A stretch of DNA of 60,236 nt, filler included, from Nemertoderma westbladi (lineage: Eukaryota > Animalia > Xenacoelomorpha), in the NCBI GenBank assembly GCA_032718475.1. It is 3 parts of 3 records of this genome, joined end to end, with 100 filler letters (N's around TTAATTAATTAA, not from the genome) between each part and the next. Parts side by side here need not be neighbours in the genome. Positions count along the whole stretch, not along the records: positions 25,708 to 48,326 come from JAUCBJ010007998.1; positions 48,427 to 60,236 come from JAUCBJ010004900.1; 1 more part is not named here. The stretch is one strand, 5' to 3'. Shown piece after piece: positions 37,460 through 49,581 of this stretch; within the stretch, counting starts at the first letter, position 1; each line of letters opens with the position of its first letter. The notes below the pieces were generated by a model that searched no databases, had not been told where the DNA came from, and saw nothing but the letters and a program-made list of their open reading frames with translations. Position numbers and translations under genes: made by a program.

Positions 37460-37890
37460 GTTTTATTATATTATAATAATGTATTTCACTCAGCGTTCAG
37501 TTTTTCAATCTTTTAGGCTCTTCTTCTGTGCATATATAGTTAGACTAAAGTCCACCTCACACGGTTCGTTTTCTTTACAGTTAACTATATTAGATTGCAG
37601 AGCAATTCCATTTAAATTTGAAATGGGTATATAAGATTCCACGAAATAGTAAAAAGTAGATCAGTTAAAAACAGTGATACAGTATGTTCTAGAATATGTA
37701 GCTGTAGTGGAAACACAAAACTAATTTAACAATTTTCAGTTTAAATATAGCTTTTTTATAAAAATTCTAACTTTACTTGTATTGTAAAATTACTATCTAC
37801 CTTAAAGATTAAAAATTACTATCTACCTTAGTAGCTTGTATAAATTTTTTTAATTTTTATGAATAATTAAACAATGTATTACGCAGTATA

Positions 37891-38045
37891 CACCATGCCC
37901 CGGAATATAGTGACTTAATCAGGTACCCCCCCCCCCCCCCCCGTAGAATCTTTATGAGATTGTATGAAATTTGAAACATATATAGTTTGACCTAACTCCT
38001 CCTTAATGGGTGAATTATAGTTTATATTTTTGCTTTAGCTGCAAG
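37891..38045. mobile_element. Left-arm fragment of the CACCATG element family
   Basis: TA|CACCATGCCCCGGAATATAGTG...CAGGTACC(C)n...GAAATTTGAAACA matches the arm starting at 27562. Confidence 0.65.
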
Positions 38046-38049
38046 GGTG

Positions 38050-38871
38050 CACAAGTCCTACTGCAGTAATTCTTCATTCAACCTTATATCCCAACAAAGA
38101 CACAGCCTGTTGATGGTCTACGGTCAAGTATGTAAATCTGCCAAGTTTCAGCTTGAACCGATACCAATTAACGACATGAGAGAAGGGTTTCCCTTTCAGA
38201 TATTTCGACCTCTAGCGGCAAACTGTAGAAGTGTAGATGGTGTACCCTCCCACAAAGAAGCAGCCAGTATCTAGTGCCTAGTACATATGCCAAGTTTCAG
38301 CTTAAACGAATTAAAATACGGGCATAGGGAAGGTTATCACATGCATACATAACGCCATCTAGCGGCAGACTGGAGAACTGCAGACCTATTGCTGACCCCA
38401 CAACCACACCGGATGTGTTCTAGCACATATCTGACAAATTTCAGCATGAACGTATTATAAAACGGAATGGGACAATGATTTCACTTTGAGACATTTCGCC
38501 GTCTAGCGGCAGACTAGAGAACTGCAGACGGATTTGTCTCCTTTGAATGACAAAGCCAATGTTCTGGTACAAATCTGCGAAGTTTCAGCTTGAACCTATT
38601 AAAAGCAAATAAATAGGAGGACATTTATTGTTTAAACATGTAGCGCTTTAGCGGGAGACTGTTCAACTGATGGTGTCTGAAAGTCTCTAAAAACTCTCAA
38701 CTTTTGGTCTTATTGATGCCTACAAATTTTCAACTCGACAGCTTTGAATCCGGCAAAGTTATTATCATGTCAAAACCGTAACGACGACAACTGAACTATT
38801 TGCCTGACCCAGATGGCCCTCCCCTAACAGTGTCAGTGCGCTAAGGCTGCGCCAACTTCGTGGCTCGCCCC
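38050..38871 (+). repeat. Repeat with ~145-bp diverged internal tandem units (possibly Helentron/DINE-like non-autonomous element)
   Basis: AAGTTTCAGCTTGAAC...TCTAGCGGCAGACT recurs 4-5 times; the end ACTTCGTGGCTCGCCCC is also seen at ~9523. Confidence 0.4.
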
Positions 38872-39375
38872 GCAAATGTTAATAAACATGTCTTAACGCT
38901 ATTTACTAACAATGACGTATATAGTTATACATTTATTATAGGAAGGGATCTAGGGGTCTTAACCTCGAATGATAAGTTTATTTTACCGAAAATAACTTAT
39001 AACTTATTTTATAAATAACTTATTTTATTGGCGCATTTGTAGGACTAATCCCATCACATGCGTACTTTATAACCGGGTAGTGAAAAAAACCCAGCAGAAA
39101 TACAGCTTGCCAACACATTGTTACTACGTATATAGTTGTATCATGGCCTTCGTAATATAATGAGATTGCCTTGGTTATATCTAACTAACTTTAAGCTCAC
39201 ATTCACCTGTTTTCATATTAAACTTTAATTAATTAATTAATTAATTAATTGCGTCTCATGATTGCACTGAACTTTTTTAACATAGTGCATATATTAGTAC
39301 AGTATGTATAATATTTATTAACATTGTAGTAAAAAAACCTCCACTAATCATGTCAATACGAACCTGAACTAAAAC

Positions 39376-40527
39376 CTAAAAGTCTAAAGAGTCAAACTCT
39401 GTGATGACGTAATCATCTACGTCATCATGACAATTGATGAGGTTCGATTGCGTCGAGTGGCGGCTGCCGTAATCTGAAGGCAAGGAGTAGTTCTCGGTGG
39501 ACTCGGAGTATACACCCTGAGACCGGGTCTGATTCTCGGTTGCAGGCACTGGCTGATCCACAGCGCCGGACGCTAGTACTAGTCGGGACGTCTCCGTTTC
39601 TATAGAAACAGCCAATGGGATGTCGTCTTCACTGCGACATTGAATTTCACTTATTAGGAAATCTAAAGGGTCTTCGGATTCCAGTTGCTTAGCAACTTGA
39701 GGGGTGGACGACTTCGGAGGAGTCATAAACATGCGCCTCCTAGCGGCGCCAGGGGAAGGAGTCTCGTCCCTCATTGGCCGTTTTCTGGGCGTGGGCGTGT
39801 AGAGCGGGTCAACGGTTGCCAAGGTAACCGCGTGTGTGTCGGCGTAGTCTAGCAACGCGTTGTCGGGGGACGAGGCGGCGAGGAACACGCGAAGTAGGGC
39901 CTCGGCGTCGGGTTCGGCGCCGTGAGCATCGGGGACCGCTCGACCGAAGTAGTGCCGATGGAGGAAGTCGAGAGAGTAGAGGAGAGACATGGGAGGTCTG
40001 GAGGTGTAGGGGGAACCCGTGTCTGGGTTCACGAACGGCAGTCTAGGAGGCCACAACTCGTCTAAGGAAAGAATCGCTATAATCGCTATCTTTGTGTCCA
40101 AACAAAGTACATCCAAACCTAAATCGGAATCCTCTGAGAATCTCATCAATTCAGTTTGTAAGACAGGGAAGTCGAAATTGGCGCCGTTGTGCGCTAACAG
40201 ACAAGCTGGTTGTGATTGTCGGCTTATAAATAGTTTTATTAAGGTGATGGCGTCCTTGTCTAGAGGAAGTTTCTCGTTTTCCACTAACACGTTGTTATCG
40301 AGTTTGGTTAGCGAATATGTTGCGTACAGACAGGGCTTCTCCGGGTCCATGCACAGAGTGAGTTTGTCTTTAACTCTCGGATTGGCTGTTAGCGAGGTGG
40401 TTGGATTAGAGGACATTACGAATCGGTTCACGCTGACCATGGATAGTTCGGTTGTGCGTGGTCGCGAGTTCTGGAGACCAGTCGTCTCCAAATCGAGGAA
40501 GATAAACGATTTGATCTTTCGAGCCAT
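39376..40527 (-). CDS. TREX1/2-like DEDDh 3'-5' exonuclease, intronless
   Basis: ExoI FLDLETTGL, PRVKDKLTLC, ExoII LLAHNGANFDFPVLQTEL, ExoIII AHGAEPDAEALL; disordered C-terminal tail. Likely start is ATG 40527 (MARKIKSF). Confidence 0.85.
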   Translation of the reverse strand: MARKIKSFIFLDLETTGLQNSRPRTTELSMVSVNRFVMSSNPTTSLTANPRVKDKLTLCMDPEKPCLYATYSLTKLDNNVLVENEKLPLDKDAITLIKLFISRQSQPACLLAHNGANFDFPVLQTELMRFSEDSDLGLDVLCLDTKIAIIAILSLDELWPPRLPFVNPDTGSPYTSRPPMSLLYSLDFLHRHYFGRAVPDAHGAEPDAEALLRVFLAASSPDNALLDYADTHAVTLATVDPLYTPTPRKRPMRDETPSPGAARRRMFMTPPKSSTPQVAKQLESEDPLDFLISEIQCRSEDDIPLAVSIETETSRLVLASGAVDQPVPATENQTRSQGVYSESTENYSLPSDYGSRHSTQSNLINCHDDVDDYVITEFDSLDF

Positions 40528-41559
40528 CTTCTGATCATGTACCTGGTACTGTTTCAGTGTTGACAGGATTACAGATATATCAGTATATGTGCAGAGGGTA
40601 CCGTCAAGTGGTGAGATTTTGATAGGAGACCAATACAGCAATAATAATGAATGAGTTTCAAAAATTTGTTATGTGGTGGCGGGATATTTGAACTCATTTG
40701 GAAACTTGGAATTTCTGAATATTTCAAAAGTTTGCAGCCCAGTATGTGATATGTAAGTGAAATGGTAAGGTCTGAAAACCTTTCATTTGTCATAGATTCA
40801 AGGTACGGATGGATATTTTTAATTCTATTGGTACTGTACCCTTATGAATTTCATCCCAAAAAAATACACAGATCCGTAACAATTTTGAAAATTTCGTTGC
40901 GTTTTTTCGTCATGCACTGCACGTAGCCGAATATTTAATCCCTCATAACTTTTCAACCGATAAAAGATATTAAAAAACGGTTTCGATATTCAGAAAGCCC
41001 AGAAAATTATGTATCTCATAGATACTGCGCACCTAAACTCGACCATTCTGCAACAGAACCATTTTCTTAAATTTTATTTGTAAATAAAAAGCTAAAAAAT
41101 ATTGATTTTTTTTATCTTTTGGCCAATCATTTAATATTACATTCCTGAAAACCTATTACCTGTTCCCTCGATTGCAGTAAACCAAAATGTAAATCTTTTT
41201 ATGGAGAATTCAAAAATAATCACCCCTGAGTAATAAACTGTAATGATACAGTAGATAATGAATTTGGGGTGAATTTCTCAGAATTAATAACCTCGATGGA
41301 TTCTTAGATGTGAAATAACTGTAGCTAAATAGTATCTACCGGTAGTATCGAAAACTATTTGCAGCTGATTGTTGCCAAGACAAAATATAAGATAATTTCT
41401 ATACCAGATGATCACTCTCAATAATAAAACTGTAACCTGTTCTATTGAATTCCGTTTATTGTTTTGGTTAGAATAACGTGCCACTGTAACCTGCTCATTT
41501 CCATAAATTGGTAGTTTAATATTGAGACTGAATATGAATACGTCGAGATTGGATTTTCA

Positions 41560-42640
41560 TCCAGTTCCAACCGAAGTTCTTCACCTGACTTCCGGATCCA
41601 ATTAGCAGAAATTATACACATGCTCAAGCAAGCCATCCTTGGAACTTAAGCTTATACGATCATACTATACATATTTCCTAATGACTGTCAAAGTTCGGTC
41701 AAAATTTTGGTCTTCTTCTTGGAGTTTACAAACAGACTAACACTTGAAGCTACCTGCTCCAATGAGCAGAGGAGCCCTTAAGCTACCTGTAGTGATTCTG
41801 GCAAAACTTGAAAATCAACAGCAAGCTTGACTGGATTTCCTCTACTTTTTGAAAAAGTAGGGGGTATTACCTTCACCCAATGCCCATCTTCACCCACCTT
41901 TATTAAGGAGTGTCTAAGGACATTCGTAGGACAAAATCAACCACTTTTATAAACAAGAATGGTGCAAATGTGTCTTCCTGAAGGACTCTCATAAAACTTC
42001 GAATGGATATGTGTCACCATCAGCAGTTGACACTAATGGAACTAATGTACAGTGGTCTGATAGCTGCAATGATTTCATTATTAGGAATCCAATATGCAGC
42101 AAATATACTGAACATACAGTACGTGGTCGAGAGTTTGAATCGAAGGCCTCAAAGTATTCAAAGCATTCATATAAAGAAGTCAACAAAGATAATAGCCAGA
42201 CACGTCTGCCTTTCTTTTTGATTATCTTTATCTGCCTCTATCCTTCTAAGCGCCAGAATAAGCTCCATGCCAGGCACCGCGACCTTTACGGAACACATTT
42301 TGGTTCCTACGTAACATTCTCCTAACAGGGTCCTTGATGCGACCTAATATAATTATATTGTATAGCTTTGCAGCAACAGCAATCGATATCAATTTGATTC
42401 CACGAAAAGATCCGTAGGTTGTTAGCTTGCCCTTCTTTGGGGCGCAGGGACCAACTTACTTGTTTTAATTTCTTGTCGAAACTTTCTTTGTTCTATACAT
42501 GTTCAATGATAGTGTGGTAAATGAGCTCCAAACACTCAGGATTTTTAAAGACCTCAGGGGAAAGCCATCTACTCCACTTTTGATGCTCTTTGCAGCAGCC
42601 TTGACTTCAGCAAAGAATATGTCACCAATGGGCATGTGTG
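41560..42640 (-). mobile_element. Old degraded RTE RT fragment related to the 57632-59688 element
   Basis: Shared blocks such as TCACCTGACTTCCGGATCCA, GTCAACAAAGATAATAGCCAGA and TATAGCTTTGCAGCAA; many stops and indels. Confidence 0.75.
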
Positions 42641-43373
42641 TACAGACTCAGACACACGATGCATGTACAGTATCACAAAGTTATCAGACTTATATCCTGT
42701 CATTATTGTGAGCTTGAGGTGAAATGTAATTTCCTAAATTACATTTATATGAATTAATTACATTTTGAGTCATATCAGACGCCATAATGCATCACTATCT
42801 GAAACATCGACAATTTCACAGTATGATGCATAATAATTAATGTATAATAACGAATAAATAGTAGCTTGCGCTCAATAGTCGCTCACAATGCACCATAAAG
42901 AATACCACACCCCCACTCTTCGATTTTTTGTATTGAATACTATGTTTGTATCAACTATTTTGGTAGCTTATAAATCTCAAAATAATAAAGATAAGCCTAT
43001 AAGTATTTTATACTGTAAATTTTCAATATAACATTTATTGAAATACACTTTGTGGTTCAAAAAAAATCCATTTGCAATCATTTTTTTCAAAAATACTTAG
43101 CTAACCGAAAAACAACTTTTCTTTCAAAGAACATTAATTTTTTCACAAAAAAGTTTAATTTTTTATTTATTGTTCTGTTTTATTTGACTCACCCACTTTT
43201 TGCAAAGTTAAAAAATATTCTGATACTCGTTCCTTTATTTGCACTCAACCACTCCGTTCCATACGGAACCATTTGGATCATGAAACCATTTAAATGCTAC
43301 TTTTCAAGCAAATAATAAGGTCATACGAGGTTACGAGTTCCATACGGTTACGAGGATACTTAATCTTCATTCA

Positions 43374-46300
43374 TTAATCATCAGATTCTTTGTCAGCTTC
43401 AGGTGGAACATGAACTTGGCACATATCTTCCAGAGACGAACTTCTGGGCCTATATCTTCTCGCATTCAAATAACCAGATAAATCTGTGGAAGCTCGGCCT
43501 TTCATTCTACGTTTTGCCGTCCCAAATTTGTTAATTTCAACAGTTTTTTCTGGAACTCTAAAAAGTTTAATGTCGTTTATATCCTCCTCTTTGAAAGTTA
43601 GTTTTTCCTCGTCGGAGAGAATCAAACAAGGCGCCTCGTACTGAGTTACTTTCCCATTGACAATACCGTGCATAAGAACCATCTGACCAGTGTCTGATTC
43701 AATGTGGTACTCTGTACCGTCTAGGAACACCACGGCAGCCGAAGACATAAATTCTTTCGTTTTTGATTCATTCCATAGCTGAGGCCATTTATCGATTAGC
43801 ATTCGTCCTCCTTCGCGCATTGCACAGTTTTTCCATAACTTATTAATGAATGAAGCATCATTCTTGATAGCCTTAATAAGAATATCAGAAGGTACAAAGT
43901 AAAGTTCGCCTGGAGTTGTGGCAGTTGCCTTAGAACTACATGGAATGAATGAATAATCTGATTTCAGCACACCTTCGTCGTTCTTTGTAGACAAAGAATT
44001 CAGAAATTCCAGCTCACCAAGAATGCTGCCTACACTCTTTATTTGACCCCATTTCTGTTTTTGGTTCTCCATCGACACATCTACAAAACCGCTATTAATA
44101 ATAAATATACCATTTGCAGGATGTGATTGATCCATAATTAAGTCATTCATTTTTAATTCAACTTTGATAAGATTCTCTCTAACAAGATCGAAATTGTTCT
44201 CTTGTCCTCGCAACCAACGTATAGATTCCAAAATAAATAAAGCCGTTGGTGGTTCCAGACTAGCAGGTATCTTGTTATATTTGTAATTATGTGTTTGTAC
44301 AATTTGTTTGTATAATTTACGGTATTCGTAACGGTCTAAAGCGCCACCTTTCCACAACCCTTCAATTGCGTTAGCTTGTACGTCAATGAGAATTCTAGAC
44401 GCTTGTCGAGTTTTTAAAGAGACAGCTATTCCTGGATAATTAACTTCGAGACTTTCTAATGACCGCTGCAAATCAAACTTATTTGCAGAAACATTCAATT
44501 TAAGCGCGTCTATAGTTATTTCATCCACGGTAATATCATTAAGCTTTACGACAGAGTATTCTTGGGCCTGTAATTGGGCATGCGCCATTTCAAAACCAAT
44601 ACTAAGTTTCTGGTTGATAAGGACCTTAAGGACGCCAAGAAGATAAATTACAATAGTTTTTATACCTCTAATGCATCGAAGAACCTTAAGAAACCGAAAT
44701 ACTCTCGCTAATACCACCCCTTCAAAGTGAATACATGATGTGATAATAGCCTCTCTTATAATATCAGCCAAGCAAATGATTAGCACAAGCATATCTAAAT
44801 AATTCCAGCGTGAATTAAAATAATACTTTCTCTCACCAATAAGTCGAATAATAGATTCCAAGAAATAAATGGAATATAATGTATAATTGAGTCCAACAAA
44901 TACATCTTGCCACTGTTCATTGCAAATCCCATATTTTGTAGTGAAAACAATTTCCACAACTGTAGGGACAATACTAATAAATATAATTACTTGTGTCATG
45001 TATTCAAACAAAGGAGAAGTTACAAGTTTATAGAAATATATCAATATTTTGTTTTGTGGTGCTGGTAATTTCCGTGTGTTGATACGGGAAAGCACAAGTA
45101 CCAAATATTTTTCTATTTTGGGATAGATAGATCCTGCATCAAGGTGGTTAGCTATGCGTGCTGGATCAACAAGACAATCCCCGTCCATTGCAGCGTCTGA
45201 TAAGGCCTTCAAATTGTACCACGCCGAGGCCCCTAGGGTGCCCGCCTTGTATTGGTGTTTGTAAGACATTTTTTGAACTTTTAGGAAGCGCCCGAGTGTA
45301 TCCTTATAACCAACTTAGTGAGGTAAATGTAGAGTTACACAGTATATCTGAATTTTGCAAGATAATTATTATAAATATTATTATTATTATTAAATTATTA
45401 TACCTAACAAATAGATTTACCAAATTTAAGATATTGTTTTAAGATAAAAAAAAATTGGCGAAATGAAGATATAAATTAGTAACTCTACTGCTGTTGACCA
45501 GGTTTGCTTCAATCCTGCGTGGTATTTCCAAATAAGGATCCCGAACCTCAATAATCTTTTCAACAAGGCGCCAATTAGCTTCAACACGATCTTTTTTACC
45601 CTTTATCTTATAAATTATAGATGCAGTTTTTCTCTGAATATTTTGGATAGTAACATGCATAGTATCCAAGCGGATATTGGAAATGACATTCATACCCATG
45701 TGGTGCATTATGGGACCGACAGTTGTTGCATTTATACAAAGAGTTAGTAGAACGATGCCCGCGCAATGAAACAGGATTCTACCCCCTATCTTATCCTGAT
45801 ATTCTTGATTATCTTGATTCGCCAGCTGAACTTCCAAACTGAGGACCAGTGAGACAGCACCCCGAAGGCCGCCCCACCATATTATTACGGCATCGTTAAT
45901 TTTTAATCCGTAACCACATTTTACCAAAATTGGATACATGGATGACACAATGATTAATCGGACTACTATAATCACAGTGTAGAGGGCGGCAAGCCACAAT
46001 AAATCCATAGCATATTTTTGACTGTCATAATTAGAAGGACGCCCGCGCACAGCAATCATAAGCCCAGCCAAAATGAAGACAAGCGTATTCGCCATGTACA
46101 CAGCAATTTCCCAAAAATGATGCATTGAGCTTTCTACTGAAGGCGTGATACATGTTTTTTTTAGATTAACAACAACACCCAGGGTCACTGTGGCAATTAC
46201 TCCTGAAACATTTAATAACCCGCTGATATAATACGTTAAATAAGCAGATACGACCGTTAACGACATTTCTATAATTCCATCGTCAAAAGTATTATCTAGA

Positions 46301-47040
46301 GCGAACACCGTTAAAGATCCCATAATATAACCGAGTATCGGTGACCCTATCGTCATTTTAACAGAAAATAAAAAAATGTGAAGAGCTGGGTTTGACCCTT
46401 CAAGTGTTTCATCCATATTCTTAAATATCTCAAAGAAGACAATAGCAGCACCATCATTCAGCAGTGATTCCCCTTCAATTATAGTTCCTAAAACCTTGGA
46501 AGCGCCGAGTTCTTTAAAAAGGGCGACAACAGCCACGGGGTCTGTGGCACTAAGCAATGAACCAAACATAAAACTGATACACCATGTTTCGTGTCCCTTT
46601 TTCCCATCTTTGGGCCAATCTTGCCAATAAGGAAACGCCACCTGGCAGAATAGGCCAGTTAATGTCGTAGCCAACGCCAACCCGAGAGTAGCCATCAACA
46701 TCACTTGTCCAAAGCTTCGTCTTAATATATGCAGGTCAGGGGCGAATGCCGATTCAAAAATGAGAACCGGGAGGAATACATAGAGCATTGTATCTGGATC
46801 TACGCAAACCACTGAATTGATATATCCGTTCAAACTGCTAGTAGTTGCAGATGAAACAAGACCTATAACAACCCCAAAAACTAGAAGAAAAACAGTGTAC
46901 GGAATAGCGAAATTCTTTAATAACGCACGTAGCACAACTCCTATAGTGATCATTATAAATAACGAAAACACAACCTCGTCGTTTTCATTCTCATCCCGCT
47001 CAACACAATATATATGCTCTTTATGATCATGATCATCCAT
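43374..47040 (-). CDS. SLC9C-type Na+/H+ exchanger paralogue B (CPA1 + VSD + CNBD-like), probably 2 exons with a short intron at ~45314-45490
   Basis: Canonical SATDPVAVVA...IIEGESLLNDG and WGGLRGAVSL; RFLKVQKMSYKHQY resumes after an AT-rich interruption; S4 RVFRFLKVLRCIRGIK; CNBD-like GIFIINSGFVDV...GSILGELEFL. Exact splice sites are uncertain. Confidence 0.85.
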
Positions 47041-48326
47041 TTTCTAGCTGCCTAACTACGTACGCTGTAAAGTTACCTGCAATACTTGATTGTACAAGTT
47101 AATATTTGTTATTTATACTGTATGCCTATTATTATAAAGCCAATAGAGAGAGAACAGCCCTCAGAGACGATGGTGGGCGATGTCGTTTTCAAAACAGAAA
47201 GAAAAGTTTTCAAAATAGTGGTACTTTTACAGGAAGACCAATATAATATTAGGACATTTAGTTGATATGGATATCCGGATCCGCGTAAACAAACATGTAA
47301 CAAATAATAATTATTATTAACCATGTACAGTAGGCCAATCCAATCTTATTAAAAGCTATAAAAGCGTCAAAGATATATTTTTGTCTATCGCTGGGTATAA
47401 TACTGGTATCACTGACCTACTGTAGGACTATACCTAAAATATCCGGCATTACTACTGTACACCTTGGGTATGTAGGCCTAACACTTTTTGACCAATTTTT
47501 TTCATATGAAATGGCTTTTATTGTGAGGTTTTTCGTTCTAGAACAAATATATATTTGACCTTCTGACAGTAAGATGGTAGTTGGTAGACCCTAATACCGG
47601 TATTGATTTTGTGTTAGCTGTACTAGAGTATTTATTAGCTAGTGAAAAAAATTAACATAGAAAATTAGGAAAAAAATGTTAACCAATTTTTTTTTCTGAA
47701 AATGGAGTTTATTCCAAAATAGTAACATTACTCAACGCCGTTAGCGTTAGTATTAACAGCGAGTTGTTATTTAGCACTTTACAACTTTAGAGGACATTAC
47801 AGCATTGTATTGGTCTGTACATTTAGTATTGTATTTGGTGTTATTGTTTACGTGGTAACCCATGACGGCGTTAAGTAATGTCCACTTAACGTCGTCATTG
47901 GATCCACGTAAACAATAGGTGGAAATTTGCCTGACAGCCAGATAGGCCTACTGCATTACCTACCGGTAGGCGGGGTATAGCTATTAATAACCAGTAGGGC
48001 CTAGCTATATTATTATAACATGGCTCCAAATAAAGTATAAGCTAAGTTAAGATAAGATAAGATAATTTATGTTATTTTTACATTTATTTATTCAGCAACT
48101 AATATAATTTGTGCAGTTTCTATCACTTATAATGTATATGTACAATCATTTCGTAATGTTAAAATTTTGGAATAAAACTACATTCATACTTGTTGCAAAG
48201 TACTTTACAGTGTTCTGATCCTCGTGGCTTTATTTTCACTCACTCACTAACGTGTAACAAAGTGTTCGTGTAACAAAGCCACTCGTATCGTCACACTGTA
48301 AGGTGCTACTTTACACACAGGTACCC

Positions 48327-48426
48327 NNNNNNNNNNNNNNNNNNNNNNNNNNNNNNNNNNNNNNNNNNNNTTAATTAATTAANNNNNNNNNNNNNNNNNN
48401 NNNNNNNNNNNNNNNNNNNNNNNNNN
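48327..48426. other. Assembly gap with artificial TTAATTAATTAA linker
   Basis: Same structure as the gap at 25608. Confidence 0.95.
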
Positions 48427-49581
48427 GGGTTGACATATTATGTTTATTTATACTGTAACAAACATATAAGGCTGTTGATGATATAACTAATCGTAATTAA
48501 TTTAAACTGGGGCAGAGAGTATAACAGCTATAATATGCTTTCATAAGATTATAGCATTGGTATTTTTAAGATTATAGTCACATTTTATTGCAATATACGC
48601 ACATTTGCATGGGAAGTAATTATCATCCTTAAAGTCAATAGTTGTTCGAATAGTTGATTACGTTATTAGATGAGTCTAACTTCTTCCGTGATCGGACAGT
48701 TAGGGCCAACCACATTTGGGCCCAATTAGTTTACGTCCCCGAAACATACAGTAGGCTTACATTGATATTCGATCCGTAAAATTAATGTCTTTCCTTGACA
48801 GATTAATGGATAATAACATTATACATTTAAATACTCTACTTTAAATTTCACTGTTTACTAACTCCTGCTTGGTTGGTTGTGCTGGCTAGTACCAATTACC
48901 AATTATACCAATTATATCTTCTCACCTCGTTCCAATAATAGTTACAAATGTCGTTCCAATTTTATTTTAGTGAGTGTATTGCGGGGCTGTATCAACGGCC
49001 CACGGGATTCCGGCAGATGGGGTGGGGGGGGGGGGGGGGGGGGGAGATAGGTTCCACTGCTACACCTACAGTAAGTCTGGTCCCAGGTGTAATACATAAT
49101 ACATTGTTCCTTACCTTTATGCATAAAGGAAAAATGTGGAATGTGAAAATGAAAGTACCTGTACCGGTACTTAAGACTATTAGGGCTGCACAGCACTAAC
49201 CCGACTACCATGCAGTACACTGGTTTTTTGCCTTGTCATAAAGGACTGCTTGCTGGCTTGCTTGGCACTTGGTTAATTCGTACTGCTGTACTGCAGTACT
49301 GTCTGACTGTACTTGGCAAACCGGTACTGCATCGGTCCTGCACTAGCAAATGGGCTTCCTTTGAGTCCTACTGCTGTACTGCATGACTGCTGTGCTGTCT
49401 GAGTGTCCTACTGACATAGGCAAAGGCAAGTACAGTACCGGTAGGCCTAAAGCATAAAGGACCTATATTCCTTCTTATCCCTGTCAGCCTGTATCTTTAC
49501 CATACGTAGTACCGGGTACTGTAGTGGACCTATTCTGCTATTACATTATTCAGTTCACAGTTTTTAGGCAGCAGTATACTA

